From positions 1 through 29,243 of IMG/VR virus record IMGVR_UViG_3300017778_001218: a stretch of 29,243 nucleotides of DNA; one strand, given 5' to 3'. Below the pieces are notes generated by a model that made no database searches, was not told the origin of the DNA, and worked only from the letters and a program-made list of their open reading frames with translations. Below, piece by piece: positions 1-9,072 of the stretch; the first letter of the stretch is position 1; every line of letters begins with the position of its first letter. The translations under genes were made by a program, and so were the position numbers. Source of the stretch: a virus (taxonomy: Duplodnaviria; Caudoviricetes).

Positions 1-80
1 GTCTCAGATGATGGCTTGCCTGACTTGGTGCGCCAGTCCTGCGAGCTCCATTCCTTGAGGCTTTTCTGTGGGGCTTTCAT
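1..80 (-). CDS. DUF5872-like protein, C-terminal-half homolog (partial, runs off the window)
   Basis: Manual translation from ATG at 80: MKAPQKSLKEWSSQDWRTKSGKPSSE...; ATGA overlap with upstream ORF; SLKxWxxQxWRTKSGK motif recalled from DUF5872. Confidence 0.7.
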   Translation of the reverse strand, partial: MKAPQKSLKEWSSQDWRTKSGKPSSE

Positions 81-253
81 CGGTAGCCACCGCCCTTTTT
101 CTTGTACTCCACCGCCAGCAATTGGGCTTTTCGGGCTGACCATTCGTTCGGATCTCCGCCTTTTGTGCCTGCCTTGATTTTCTCAAACAGGGCTTTCCGC
201 ATGGCGGGCTTGGTGTAGTTTCCAGCAGCATTCACTGTGGACTTGGTAGCCAT
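77..253 (-). CDS. 58-aa basic protein, DUF5872-like N-terminal half
   Basis: Manual translation MATKSTVNAAGNYTKPAMRKALFEKIKAGTKGGDPNEWSARKAQLLAVEYKKKGGGYR; YTKP...GGxPxxWSARKAQ...YxxxGGGY motif; TGATG overlap with upstream gene. Not in the ORF track. Confidence 0.8.
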   Translation of the reverse strand: MATKSTVNAAGNYTKPAMRKALFEKIKAGTKGGDPNEWSARKAQLLAVEYKKKGGGYR

Positions 254-1302
254 CAGGAATCAACAACTTTAATCACAGCGAAACGCAAAATTACAGCGTC
301 GGACAAAGAGCCCAACGAGACATTGCGCACATTTATGTCGGCAGTCCCAACCCCGCAGGATGCATTAAAGGTGTACGAGCCAAGCGTGCCGCCAGAAATG
401 TGATTTATCACGATGATGTCGCCAGATTCAACCGTGCTGTTAGTCATCGTAAACGACACGGTGGTGGATGCACCCAATGCCGCTGCATTCATGGTGATTT
501 GACCGCAAGATTTATTAAGCGTCACCGCCGTGGCTTTGCTTGTGGCTTGCAGCACCCCGCCGCCCGCGCCGGTAGCATAACCCTGCTTGCCGGTGCCGCT
601 GATAACTTGGTTTCCTGTGGTGCTAAGACTTGTCCCTGTGGCAGCACCGATAGATGGCGTGACCAATGCAGGGCTTGTGAATGTTCCGGTGCTGACTGCC
701 GGGTTTGTGATTATTGGCGTTGTCAGGGTCGGACTGGTTGCGAACACCAATAGACCCGTTCCGGTCTCATCGGTCATCGCCGCCCGTAGATTGGCGCTTG
801 ATGGCGTCGCCAAGAAAGTCTGGACTCCTGCTGCATAAACCGTCTCGGCGTTGATCTGGTACCAAGAATTAGTTGGCTGATAAAAGCGAATCGCCGTTGC
901 CGTTCCTGCCGCCAACGAAGTCACGCCACCATAAAGAGCAGTCGCGCCATTCAAGGCAATTGTCAGCGAGGTGATTTCCTGCGTGGTGGTTATCAATACC
1001 GAGGTGCCATCAGGAACGCCAGTATTGAGAGGCAAGGTGATGGTACCGGTTGCCAGTGTTCCAGCAGGCTGCAACAGCATCCATTGGTCGTTGCTAACCG
1101 GAGTAGGCACCGTGATATTGAAACCAGATCCGGGAACGTAGAGATTGACCGAGAGCGTGGGCGATGCGAAGCTCTGCTGGAAAAATGTGAGCAAACTTCC
1201 AATCGAGGTCCGTCTTGCGTCCCCGTTGTTGGGCGAATAAACGGGTAACTGATCCCCGCTGGAGACGGTGTTTAGTACGGGAAGCTGGTTAATAGTGGGC
1301 AT
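253..1302 (-). CDS. Virion structural protein, tail/fibre-associated (349 aa)
   Basis: Thr/Gly/Ser-rich; TDETGTGLLVFATSPTLTTP fibre-like segment; position in the late operon after the head-tail adaptor. Confidence 0.6.
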   Translation of the reverse strand: MPTINQLPVLNTVSSGDQLPVYSPNNGDARRTSIGSLLTFFQQSFASPTLSVNLYVPGSGFNITVPTPVSNDQWMLLQPAGTLATGTITLPLNTGVPDGTSVLITTTQEITSLTIALNGATALYGGVTSLAAGTATAIRFYQPTNSWYQINAETVYAAGVQTFLATPSSANLRAAMTDETGTGLLVFATSPTLTTPIITNPAVSTGTFTSPALVTPSIGAATGTSLSTTGNQVISGTGKQGYATGAGGGVLQATSKATAVTLNKSCGQITMNAAALGASTTVSFTMTNSTVESGDIIVINHISGGTLGSYTFNASCGVGTADINVRNVSLGSLSDAVILRFAVIKVVDS

Positions 1303-1310
1303 GATCGTCC

Positions 1311-1793
1311 TCAGTTATATTCGATAGGGCCATCAGGACCAGCATTGACGGGGAAATAAGGCGGTCTGACGTAGGGGTTATCGTAGACCCTCCACGGCTT
1401 ATTGCCAGCACCCGCTGGGGTTGTGGCTGGGAGTTGTTTCTCAAGCGGGAAGGTCGCCCGTTGGAGCAAGATGTCATAACCCTGTTTCGCGGTCGTCTTG
1501 GTCTCGATCATGACCTGCTTGCCGTAACTCGGTGCTAACCGAATCCCCAGGCTGCAAATGATCGCTTCATAGGCCGAATCAGGCACAAGCGTTTCTTCGT
1601 CTAGGCTGCTGTTCTGTGGGCTAGATGGCAATGGATAACCTAAGCGGATGCCCTTGGCGTTCCAGTCGGCCATCATCGCATCGAGACGCCGCAGGGCAGA
1701 CTCTAGCTGCTCGGGCTGCAAATCAAATACATAAGACGCAAGCCCAATTTCTTCGAAGGCGGCGCTTATAAATTGTCTTTTTGTGTAAGACAT
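1311..1793 (-). CDS. P22 gp4-like head-to-tail adaptor
   Basis: PEQLESALRRLDAMMADW...GIRLGY and LAPSYGK...P.GAGNK motifs typical of the gp4 family; 160 aa; synteny. Confidence 0.85.
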   Translation of the reverse strand: MSYTKRQFISAAFEEIGLASYVFDLQPEQLESALRRLDAMMADWNAKGIRLGYPLPSSPQNSSLDEETLVPDSAYEAIICSLGIRLAPSYGKQVMIETKTTAKQGYDILLQRATFPLEKQLPATTPAGAGNKPWRVYDNPYVRPPYFPVNAGPDGPIEYN

Positions 1794-2083
1794 ACGTGCC
1801 CCTCTATTCTTTTCAGCATCGTTGAATCAGACCAGCGCTTGTCAACCTTCAACCCAATGACATCGGCTCGTTGCAGCATCTCGTCGCGTGTCGCTGGGCT
1901 TTCGTCCGCAACGATTACAGGCGGTTCGACTTTCGGCACCCTCCTATTAATAGGCGATGGATGCACCCGTTTAGTCGCCTTGCGTTCTGCCGCCTGTGTC
2001 TTTTTAAGTTTGCGCTTTTGCAGCCGCAACTCTTTCCACGGCGCGAGAGTTCTTGTCTTAACAATTGCGGCTGACCTAATCAT
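1766..2083 (-). CDS. Hypothetical basic protein (105 aa)
   Basis: ATGA-coupled to upstream small ORF; C-terminal TRDEMLQRADVIGLKVDKRWSD resembles a HeH/LEM-like helical motif. Confidence 0.65.
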   Translation of the reverse strand: MIRSAAIVKTRTLAPWKELRLQKRKLKKTQAAERKATKRVHPSPINRRVPKVEPPVIVADESPATRDEMLQRADVIGLKVDKRWSDSTMLKRIEGHVCLTQKDNL

Positions 2084-2244
2084 TTTTTCATCGGCGCTTT
2101 GCCTGGCTTACCAGCGGCTTTTGCCATTTTGCTTGCCATACCCAAAGCCATTGCAACTGCTTGATTTTGCGGCTTGCCTGACTTCATTTCCATGGCAATG
2201 TTTTTGCCGATTGATTTGTTCGAGTAACCTTTGGTCATTGGCAT
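2080..2244 (-). CDS. 54-aa small basic phage protein
   Basis: Manual translation MPMTKGYSNKSIGKNIAMEMKSGKPQNQAVAMALGMASKMAKAAGKPGKAPMKK; GGAG RBS upstream; resembles the common MPLKKG...NI..E...GKPQKQAVAIAL family. Not in the ORF track. Confidence 0.8.
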   Translation of the reverse strand: MPMTKGYSNKSIGKNIAMEMKSGKPQNQAVAMALGMASKMAKAAGKPGKAPMKK

Positions 2245-2261
2245 TTTTGCTCTCCAAGTAA

Positions 2262-2289
2262 CTCGGGCCAGTATCTCTACTGACCCGAG
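2262..2289 (-). terminator. Stem-loop after the coat/decoration genes (terminator or attenuator)
   Basis: Minus strand CTCGGGTCAGTA-GAGA-TACTGGCCCGAG: 12-bp stem with one G-U pair, GNRA loop, followed by weak TTACTT. Confidence 0.6.
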
Positions 2290-2296
2290 AGGTTGA

Positions 2297-2896
2297 TTAA
2301 CCTATCCGATACGAGACGAATGTATCCGCAGCAGTCTTGCGAGTCCTCCATGCGCCCGAGGTAACAGTAGCAACTGCGGCTGTACCAACAATCGTATGAC
2401 CAGTTGCAGCCGTTACCGTAAAGGCATTTGCGCCCGTAGCGATGACAGACCAGTCGAACGAATCACCGATTGCAAACTCGCTCGCAGCGTCTAGCACAGC
2501 CCCGGTTGGCAAAGTACCAGCAACAGCAGCACCCGTTGTCGAGGTGACAATGCCAGCCAGAATCATCGCCGAAGTAAGAGCACCAGTGGCATTCAGTACG
2601 CCCGGATCGCCCTGTAGTTGATACCTGCCTGTACTGGAAATAACAGGGTCGGTTCCAACTGCATAGAGCGCACCGGATGCACCGGCTTGAATCGTCACGC
2701 TGGTGGCGTTCGTGAATGCTGCCGAGACGTAGGTCGTGTTCTCGACTACTTGCAGCAAATCTTGCGTTTCGGGGAAGTTCGGATAACCGACCTCCTGAAA
2801 CACACTCGCTGGCGAGTAGGCTTGAACGGCGACTTTCTCGCCTGCCGGTACCGTAAAGGTCGCGGTTCCTTGCGTAAATATAATGTTATAGCTCAT
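2297..2896 (-). CDS. Putative capsid decoration/cement protein (199 aa)
   Basis: Immediately downstream of coat, before the hairpin; Ala/Thr/Gly-rich beta-type composition; AAGGA RBS. Confidence 0.55.
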   Translation of the reverse strand: MSYNIIFTQGTATFTVPAGEKVAVQAYSPASVFQEVGYPNFPETQDLLQVVENTTYVSAAFTNATSVTIQAGASGALYAVGTDPVISSTGRYQLQGDPGVLNATGALTSAMILAGIVTSTTGAAVAGTLPTGAVLDAASEFAIGDSFDWSVIATGANAFTVTAATGHTIVGTAAVATVTSGAWRTRKTAADTFVSYRIG

Positions 2897-2909
2897 GATT
2901 TTTTTCCTT

Positions 2910-4199
2910 TTACGGGACTTGATTGAACAGCAGGATCCCGGACATCTCGGGCTGTTTGTTGACCACGCCGAACAGAGTATCCAAGCGATACTTGGTCTTC
3001 ATGGTGTTCACGTCGTACTGCTTCTGCATTACCAGCTCGATGCCCTGATCGGTTGATGCACGCATTACTGCGACACCCGCATCGGTTGGGACAGCGTAAC
3101 GGCCCGGGAGAATCTCTAGCGCATCTTTCTGCCAGAAGCAGTTGATCGGCGCGGCATCGACGTTCAGGCGATTGATGGTCCGACCAGAAGCGGCGGTCAC
3201 GATGCAGTTTTGATACTGCAACTCAGCATCAGTCCCGCCTTGCGCGGAAATGATGGGAGGAGTGATAACGCAAGTCGTTGCATTGGTCACGCTCACCACG
3301 CGAAACGTCTTCGAGAACCCAGTACCTAGCTTGGTGATGTGATGCACCGCCTCAATGCCATCGACCTCGATTGCCGTTCCTGCTGGCAGATCGGTGGTGC
3401 TGGACACGGTAATCGTTTGGAAACGATTGTCCACGTTACCAGTCTCACCAGTCGCCGCAGTGGAGGTCGCCACAGGCGTGTAGTAGTTGCCTGCCGCTGC
3501 CAAGGTGGACATCGTCGGATCTGCGCCAGTCGCCGCAGCGATGCGATTCGCGTAGTCCAGTTTGTAGGTCTCAAATCCTGCGACCATACCAACGTAGGAA
3601 CGCTCGAAAGCATTGTTGCTCTTGTTACCGGCGAAACTACGCGAAACCGAAGCACCACCAGCCCCACCAGCGATATTGCCGGCAATGCCGTTGTAGTCAC
3701 GCGAGGACAGAGCCATGTAGCGGTCAAAGGCTTGCACGCCCTGCTCGTTCATGATGCTGTCGCACAGAGCGATATCGTCATAGTCACCAGCGGCGGTGCT
3801 GACAGTAACCACCAGCGAGCCGAGGTTTGCAGCGACGTTCATAATCGCAATGTTGATATCGGATGCAAGTTTCTGTTTTGCGGCCTCACCGAGCCGACCC
3901 TCTTGCAAGGCGTCCCGAAGTTCGAGCGCGTCCAAGATGAACGGCACAGACTTCTGAAATCCGAGCGTTGCCGGGACGGAGAGCTGCGTGTAAGCACCGA
4001 AGTTGCCGGTCTGGTCCATGCCATCGTAGGACTGCGCGATGTAGGGTTGCGGACGATAAATCACGTTATTGGTGCGCTCCATCATCGAGCTGTCGGTGTT
4101 GTAGACCGAGACGTTGCGGGACAAAACTAGAGCGTCGTTAAATCCTTCGAGGATGTCCTCGAACGCGACGCGTTCCTCTTTGCTGAATGAATTACTCAT
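2910..4199 (-). CDS. Major capsid protein, P22 gp5-like
   Basis: 429 aa; MSNSFSKEERVAFEDILEGF start and YRLDTLFGV...PEMSGI end typical of P22-type coat; follows scaffold; CAGGAG RBS. Confidence 0.92.
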   Translation of the reverse strand: MSNSFSKEERVAFEDILEGFNDALVLSRNVSVYNTDSSMMERTNNVIYRPQPYIAQSYDGMDQTGNFGAYTQLSVPATLGFQKSVPFILDALELRDALQEGRLGEAAKQKLASDINIAIMNVAANLGSLVVTVSTAAGDYDDIALCDSIMNEQGVQAFDRYMALSSRDYNGIAGNIAGGAGGASVSRSFAGNKSNNAFERSYVGMVAGFETYKLDYANRIAAATGADPTMSTLAAAGNYYTPVATSTAATGETGNVDNRFQTITVSSTTDLPAGTAIEVDGIEAVHHITKLGTGFSKTFRVVSVTNATTCVITPPIISAQGGTDAELQYQNCIVTAASGRTINRLNVDAAPINCFWQKDALEILPGRYAVPTDAGVAVMRASTDQGIELVMQKQYDVNTMKTKYRLDTLFGVVNKQPEMSGILLFNQVP

Positions 4200-4213
4200 G
4201 GAAAATCTCCTGG

Positions 4214-5050
4214 TTATTTAGATGCGATTCGTTTTTGCGATTTGTACGCGATGACTTTCGTCATGTTTCCGGTACGCGCCGCGTCTTCTCTGAGTCTCTC
4301 TAGCGTTGAGTCCACCGCACCCGATGACCGTCCTGTGCCTGTCACGATCCTCTCTGGTGCGGGTGCTTGCCTGCGGTTGGTAACTTTCAAGTCTTTCTCC
4401 AGTTTAGCTACCGCAAAGGCAAACTTCACGGGGTCTTTGATTTCGGACAACTCCTTCGCCTTGACCAGATTCTTACCGAGCGCATAAACGACCAGCGCGG
4501 GATTATCTGCGCCTTGCAGCAATATGCCCTGCTGGGTGATCGAGAAGACCTCTTGAGCTACCGCTTCAGCGTCTTCAAAATCCTTGACTCTCAACTCGGC
4601 TTTCGCCTTGCCGTAGCCATCCAGCTTGGACTGCCAAGCCTTTTGTTGAGTCATAACTTCAACTTCTTGCTTGGCATTAGCATCATCGGCCTGCCGTTTC
4701 CGGTCAAACCAGTCTGCCATTGCTACCTCGAATTTCTCAGCGTCGTAATCATGTTCCTCAAGGCTCGGCTTCTTGCCCAGCACGACCGGCTTGATCTCAG
4801 TCTGTGCGGTACTTTGTAGCTTGCCCTGCAACTCACGATTTTTCCGCTGCAATTCTCGATTCGTCTTCCGCAACTCTCGAACCCATTCAGGCGCAGGAGC
4901 ATGTTCTTCGGGAGGTGGCGCTTCCTCACCAATCGAAACGACCACTTCTTCATCATCTTCGGGCTCGGCCTGGACAGCAACTTCGCTGATTTCCTCAGGG
5001 TTTTCGTCCTCGATAACTATGTCGTCGTTTTCTATCTCTGCCGTTTTCAT
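4214..5050 (-). CDS. Scaffolding protein
   Basis: Acidic N-terminus, KP.LE..DYD.EKF motif, coiled coils, C-terminal LERLREDAARTGNMTKVIAYK coat-binding helix pair; between portal and coat. Confidence 0.88.
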   Translation of the reverse strand: MKTAEIENDDIVIEDENPEEISEVAVQAEPEDDEEVVVSIGEEAPPPEEHAPAPEWVRELRKTNRELQRKNRELQGKLQSTAQTEIKPVVLGKKPSLEEHDYDAEKFEVAMADWFDRKRQADDANAKQEVEVMTQQKAWQSKLDGYGKAKAELRVKDFEDAEAVAQEVFSITQQGILLQGADNPALVVYALGKNLVKAKELSEIKDPVKFAFAVAKLEKDLKVTNRRQAPAPERIVTGTGRSSGAVDSTLERLREDAARTGNMTKVIAYKSQKRIASK

Positions 5051-5069
5051 CTTTAGACCCCTTCAGACT

Positions 5070-5098
5070 CACCCATTAAAGCGGCTGGGTGGATGCCA
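5070..5098 (-). promoter_or_regulatory. Structured RNA element in the scaffold 5' UTR (hairpin or H-type pseudoknot)
   Basis: Minus strand TGGC-ATC-CACCCA-GCCG-CTTTAA-TGGGTG; CACCCA/TGGGTG 6-bp stem plus crossing TGGC/GCCG stem. Confidence 0.4.
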
Positions 5099-5127
5099 TT
5101 TCTTCTATTCTCGCCCTTTTTTGTTTA

Positions 5128-7185
5128 TCACACAACGGGTTGAATAATCTGCCCTTGTAAAATTTGTTGCACCGCCTCGGCGTTAGCTATCGCCATGTTC
5201 TGCGCGGTTTCATCAACCTTGCCCAAAGTCTCCAGCGTTTGAGCGCGTTTCAGTTCTGCGCTGGCCACGGTTTCGACGGTATCGGCTCGGGCTTTTGCTG
5301 CTTTTGCGGTAGCTTCCTCGGCTGCGGCTTGCAGGTACACCGCATTCGGGTCTTGCGGTTTGCCTTGCATCTCGGCCATCAGTTCCTCGGCTTCGATGTC
5401 GGTAGGTTTAACCACGCCCATGCGGAGGAGCTTTTTGCGGAAATAAGCGTTTGCGTCGCCCACGCCCTCGCCTTCCATGTTCATCATCGCCATGGCGGTC
5501 AGGACTTGGGCGGTCTCGGGGTCGCTGGTGATCGTGAGCATTCCGGTCAGCGCTCGGACGGTGGCGGCGCGTTTGCTGCTGCTCGATGGTCCGACCTCGG
5601 AAACAACGTCAAACACGGCAGCGGTCATGTCGTTGGCCATTACCATCGCCCCGGTCTTCTGGTCGATGGTGGGCTGCATCAGTTCGACCATGCCGGAGTC
5701 GCCAGTCGGCGCGATCGTCTTCATCCGGCGATTGTCCTCGACGTAAATCTCCCTGGCCATCGATAGCCAGATTTCGCCGCAGCGCTTCATGCCCTTCGCA
5801 AAGTTGCTCATGTAAATGAACGTCTGCATATCCACGCGGGTTTGGATGAGCTCCACCGCTTTGCCGGAGACGCCAGACACCATCTTTTCGGCCCCGCCCT
5901 GATTGCCGAGGATGTCTTGCATGTCCTGCTCGGTGATCGCCAGCAGCGCTGCCATCGCCGGAGGTATCGCCGCGCTTTTTGTATAAGCCATCGGCCCAGC
6001 TGCTTGCGTGTTGCCATCCGGCCCGGTGATCGGGTTGATGAGCAGATACGGATAATCCCGAAGGTTATCTTCCGCCCACATGATCTGATGCCCTGCTACC
6101 TGCTCGGGAGTCATGATCGGCTTTTCGATGCTCGACAGGGCGCTGATCTCGCCGAGTTTCGAGAGTTGCATGTTCTTGAGCCGTTGAGCGTCTTTGGCCA
6201 GACGAACCGCACCCATGCAGCGCTCGATGTTATCGACGAACCATCTCTTACCGTAGACCACAACAATCGGGATGCACTTGCCGGCAATGTAGCCAGCGTC
6301 CTCCAGCACCTTACCGCCGCTCATGATGTACTTGCGGACACGCATTTTCTTGACGCGCTTCTGGCGCACCTCACGACTGCCGATAGCCAACAAGGTTTCT
6401 TCGAGCATCTCATCGTTTGCGAAGTCGGCCTGACTGTAGCGCTCCTCCTCGCCGGTGATGGCCTCAAAAATGCGGATCGTCTCGGTCTTTTCCTCGACCT
6501 TGTAATACTCCGCCACGAAAACCACATCGGGCGTGGACCAGTCAAATTCGTATTGGTGGATGATTTTGGGCCAGTCTGTCGGATCGTCGTTGTAGATTTC
6601 CTTGTAGGAATCGCGGGTCATCGAGGTAACAACGAAACAATATTTAGCGTCTGATTTGTCCTGGCGCTTAGCGTTTAGGTCAAAGAAAACGGAACTGTCG
6701 GCATCGTATATCGGCTCAAACCTAATCCGCTGCCGGTCATCTTCGTCGTCCTCCTCGTCCTCATAGACGGTTCGAAGTCGCCAGGCACCAATGCCGCCGC
6801 CCACCGCCTCCTCGAATGCGTTGTCATAGGCCTCATCAGCCACGGATGCCTGCTCGTCGGCGCGGTAGAGACCATCGCAGACCTCGGCCAGCTTGTCGTT
6901 CTCGGCCCCATCTTTGGTCACATAATCGACGGTGATCCGGTTGTTTCGGTATTCGTTGACGATCCGAATAACCGCCAGCATGATCTTGTTGACCTCGAAT
7001 TTGGGCTTGTTCTCGTATTGATAAGCCAACGGCCCTTCCCATTGAGCGCCACAAATTGAATAGAACCGGCGATCCTGTAGGCATTGCAGGCGCTCGTCCC
7101 GTAACGCCGTTTGAATGTTGTTGAACTGCCGCAGCGCTTCGCTGTGCAGGTTCGAAAGGCGTTGATCGTTTGAGATTCGAGCCAT
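5128..7185 (-). CDS. Portal protein, P22 gp1-like
   Basis: 685 aa; GAQW, FEEAVGGGIGAWRL, IPIVVVYG, G.VRLAKDAQR, SGKAV, GPSSSSKR motifs; C-terminal helical barrel; follows terL. Confidence 0.93.
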   Translation of the reverse strand: MARISNDQRLSNLHSEALRQFNNIQTALRDERLQCLQDRRFYSICGAQWEGPLAYQYENKPKFEVNKIMLAVIRIVNEYRNNRITVDYVTKDGAENDKLAEVCDGLYRADEQASVADEAYDNAFEEAVGGGIGAWRLRTVYEDEEDDEDDRQRIRFEPIYDADSSVFFDLNAKRQDKSDAKYCFVVTSMTRDSYKEIYNDDPTDWPKIIHQYEFDWSTPDVVFVAEYYKVEEKTETIRIFEAITGEEERYSQADFANDEMLEETLLAIGSREVRQKRVKKMRVRKYIMSGGKVLEDAGYIAGKCIPIVVVYGKRWFVDNIERCMGAVRLAKDAQRLKNMQLSKLGEISALSSIEKPIMTPEQVAGHQIMWAEDNLRDYPYLLINPITGPDGNTQAAGPMAYTKSAAIPPAMAALLAITEQDMQDILGNQGGAEKMVSGVSGKAVELIQTRVDMQTFIYMSNFAKGMKRCGEIWLSMAREIYVEDNRRMKTIAPTGDSGMVELMQPTIDQKTGAMVMANDMTAAVFDVVSEVGPSSSSKRAATVRALTGMLTITSDPETAQVLTAMAMMNMEGEGVGDANAYFRKKLLRMGVVKPTDIEAEELMAEMQGKPQDPNAVYLQAAAEEATAKAAKARADTVETVASAELKRAQTLETLGKVDETAQNMAIANAEAVQQILQGQIIQPVV

Positions 7186-7195
7186 TAGGTGAGTC

Positions 7196-8680
7196 CTAGT
7201 TTGTAGCTATTTTATTCCAGTTGTGGCGCGTTGGGATTGGGGTAACTGTTTGCGTTTTAACTGACGGTGTTCGCTGGACCAGATTGATTGCATCTAGCAT
7301 TGGGTCTATTTGGTCATCGTGAGTGCCGGACGGGAACGATTCTACCTCCGCTAGAAAATCAGAAAGCCACGGCGCATCTTCTGGAAGCAAGACGTTGCCA
7401 GACTCAATAAACGGGGAAGCGTCATGCCCTCGGCTGATCTTGTCCTTGCTGCGCTGCAATGGCAATACTGGGACGCCCTCGCGCCGCAAAGTTTGGATTA
7501 GACCTGTACCGGACACTTTGTCCTCAACGTACATGCCCCGAAGCGTTGACTTTTGATGTATCGGGATGGGGCTATTGATGTGCTTAATCCAAAACGATCT
7601 CGCCTGAACCAGTAGTTCCGGGGCTTCCCACTTGCCTCTAATCTGGTCGATCATGATGGCGTGCCCAACGGTAGATCGCGCCCAGCATTGCAAAACGCTG
7701 TAATCGTTGGCCTCGGCAGTCTTTTGTGCGGTGTCTACGGTGATCACGCGAAACTCCAACTGCGGGAGATTGCGCCAGTATTGGAACCACTCAAGCCGAA
7801 TGATCCCGCCGCCGCGTGGCGCTGGGCGCTGCTGTAGTTGGCCTGCGCTGCCATAACTGCCCAGCGTGCGTTCTAGTTCCGACACCTGAGCCTCTCCAAA
7901 GCGCTCCGGAAACATCAGTTCACCGGCCTTAGTCCTCGGATCTGTCCATCCGATACTGGTAGTGCAGCGGTGCGCCGGGTCGAACCGCATCGGAATGCAC
8001 AGATGGACGTAAGGCAAGTTCATTTCCAATATCACGCCGGACACGTCTTTTTCGTGCAGGCGCTGCATGATGACCACAATCGCAGAATTTTCATTGTTGA
8101 CGCGAGTGGGTAGCGTCTCGGTAAATGCAATGCGAGCAGCCTCTAGCTTTGCCGCGCTGTTGGCGCTGTCTGCGCTAATGGGGTCATCAAGGATGATTCG
8201 GTCTCCGCGCACCCCGGTCATGCTGGTAAAGCTGCGCGCCTGCCTGATGCCTTTCTTGGTGTTGCCGAACTCGCGCTTACCATCCAAGTCGGCCAATAGC
8301 TCAATCGGCCAAAGCTCTTGATACCAGTCCGACTTAATCAGATCCCGACACCGCCTGCTGTCTCGTATCGCAAGCTGTTCTTCGTGCGCCGTTCCCACGT
8401 AACGCATCTCAGGCATGTTTCGCGGTCCCCACTCCCAGGCTGGCCAGATCACGCCGGTAAGTAAGGATTTCATCGAGCCCGGTGGCACGTTCATTAGCAG
8501 CCGATTGATTGTTCCGTCTGTGACCGCTTCGAGATGTCTGCAAATTGCATTTAGTAACCATCCCCACTTCAGTTCCGCCGCTGGCTCCAGAACGCGCCAT
8601 GCACGTTGAGCAAAATCGGCAAGTGATAGCCTGCACAGTTCGCGCTCGCAATTGAGGACATCTGTTTTACTGAGTACCAT
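7196..8680 (-). CDS. terL: Terminase large subunit
   Basis: Walker A NVPPGSMKS, Walker B IILDDP, IMQRLH, RNase H-like VDTA...HDDQID; start moved to ATG 8680 (MVLSKTD), which overlaps the terS end. Confidence 0.93.
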   Translation of the reverse strand: MVLSKTDVLNCERELCRLSLADFAQRAWRVLEPAAELKWGWLLNAICRHLEAVTDGTINRLLMNVPPGSMKSLLTGVIWPAWEWGPRNMPEMRYVGTAHEEQLAIRDSRRCRDLIKSDWYQELWPIELLADLDGKREFGNTKKGIRQARSFTSMTGVRGDRIILDDPISADSANSAAKLEAARIAFTETLPTRVNNENSAIVVIMQRLHEKDVSGVILEMNLPYVHLCIPMRFDPAHRCTTSIGWTDPRTKAGELMFPERFGEAQVSELERTLGSYGSAGQLQQRPAPRGGGIIRLEWFQYWRNLPQLEFRVITVDTAQKTAEANDYSVLQCWARSTVGHAIMIDQIRGKWEAPELLVQARSFWIKHINSPIPIHQKSTLRGMYVEDKVSGTGLIQTLRREGVPVLPLQRSKDKISRGHDASPFIESGNVLLPEDAPWLSDFLAEVESFPSGTHDDQIDPMLDAINLVQRTPSVKTQTVTPIPTRHNWNKIATN

Positions 8681-9053
8681 CTTTTGCGGCCATGATTGCT
8701 CGCAGCACATCAATATCAAGTTTAGATACGTCGAGCGTTGCTGTGACAATCGGCGCTCCATCCTTGCCGGTCAGTTCCTGCCGGACGGTTTCTGACCAGC
8801 GCATCTGGGCTTTCGTCCACCAGATCATCGCTGTGGTGTCCTGCCCCACCGTGGCCTTGTTGAACAAGGTTTTAGCCACCGCTGCGCTTGCTTGCGCCTT
8901 GCCCAGTCCAAGCTCAAGGTCGTAATGCTTGCGGAGCGTCTCAGGAGCGATCCCAATCAGCGCGGCTATCTGGTCTTGAGGCAAGCCGAGCCCACTAGCA
9001 CTCTGTGCTTGTTGCCTTTGTTTTTCCGTCGGTTTGTGCGGTTTGTATGACAT
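8667..9053 (-). CDS. terS: Terminase small subunit (HTH type)
   Basis: GLPQDQIAALIGIAPETLRKHY HTH, TTAMIWWTKAQMRWSE and ELTGKDGAPI motifs; directly upstream of terL. Confidence 0.85.
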   Translation of the reverse strand: MSYKPHKPTEKQRQQAQSASGLGLPQDQIAALIGIAPETLRKHYDLELGLGKAQASAAVAKTLFNKATVGQDTTAMIWWTKAQMRWSETVRQELTGKDGAPIVTATLDVSKLDIDVLRAIMAAKDGTQ

Positions 9054-9072
9054 TCTTTTTAAGTAAGCGAAA

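Noticed and set aside
4-231. Track ORF of 75 aa
   Set aside because: Wrong frame; two coupled ORFs (77-253 and <1-80) with recognisable motifs explain the region
3339-6654. Long plus-strand ORFs (263, 150, 200, 270 aa)
   Set aside because: Antisense shadows of GC3-rich coat, scaffold and portal genes; no RBS or motifs
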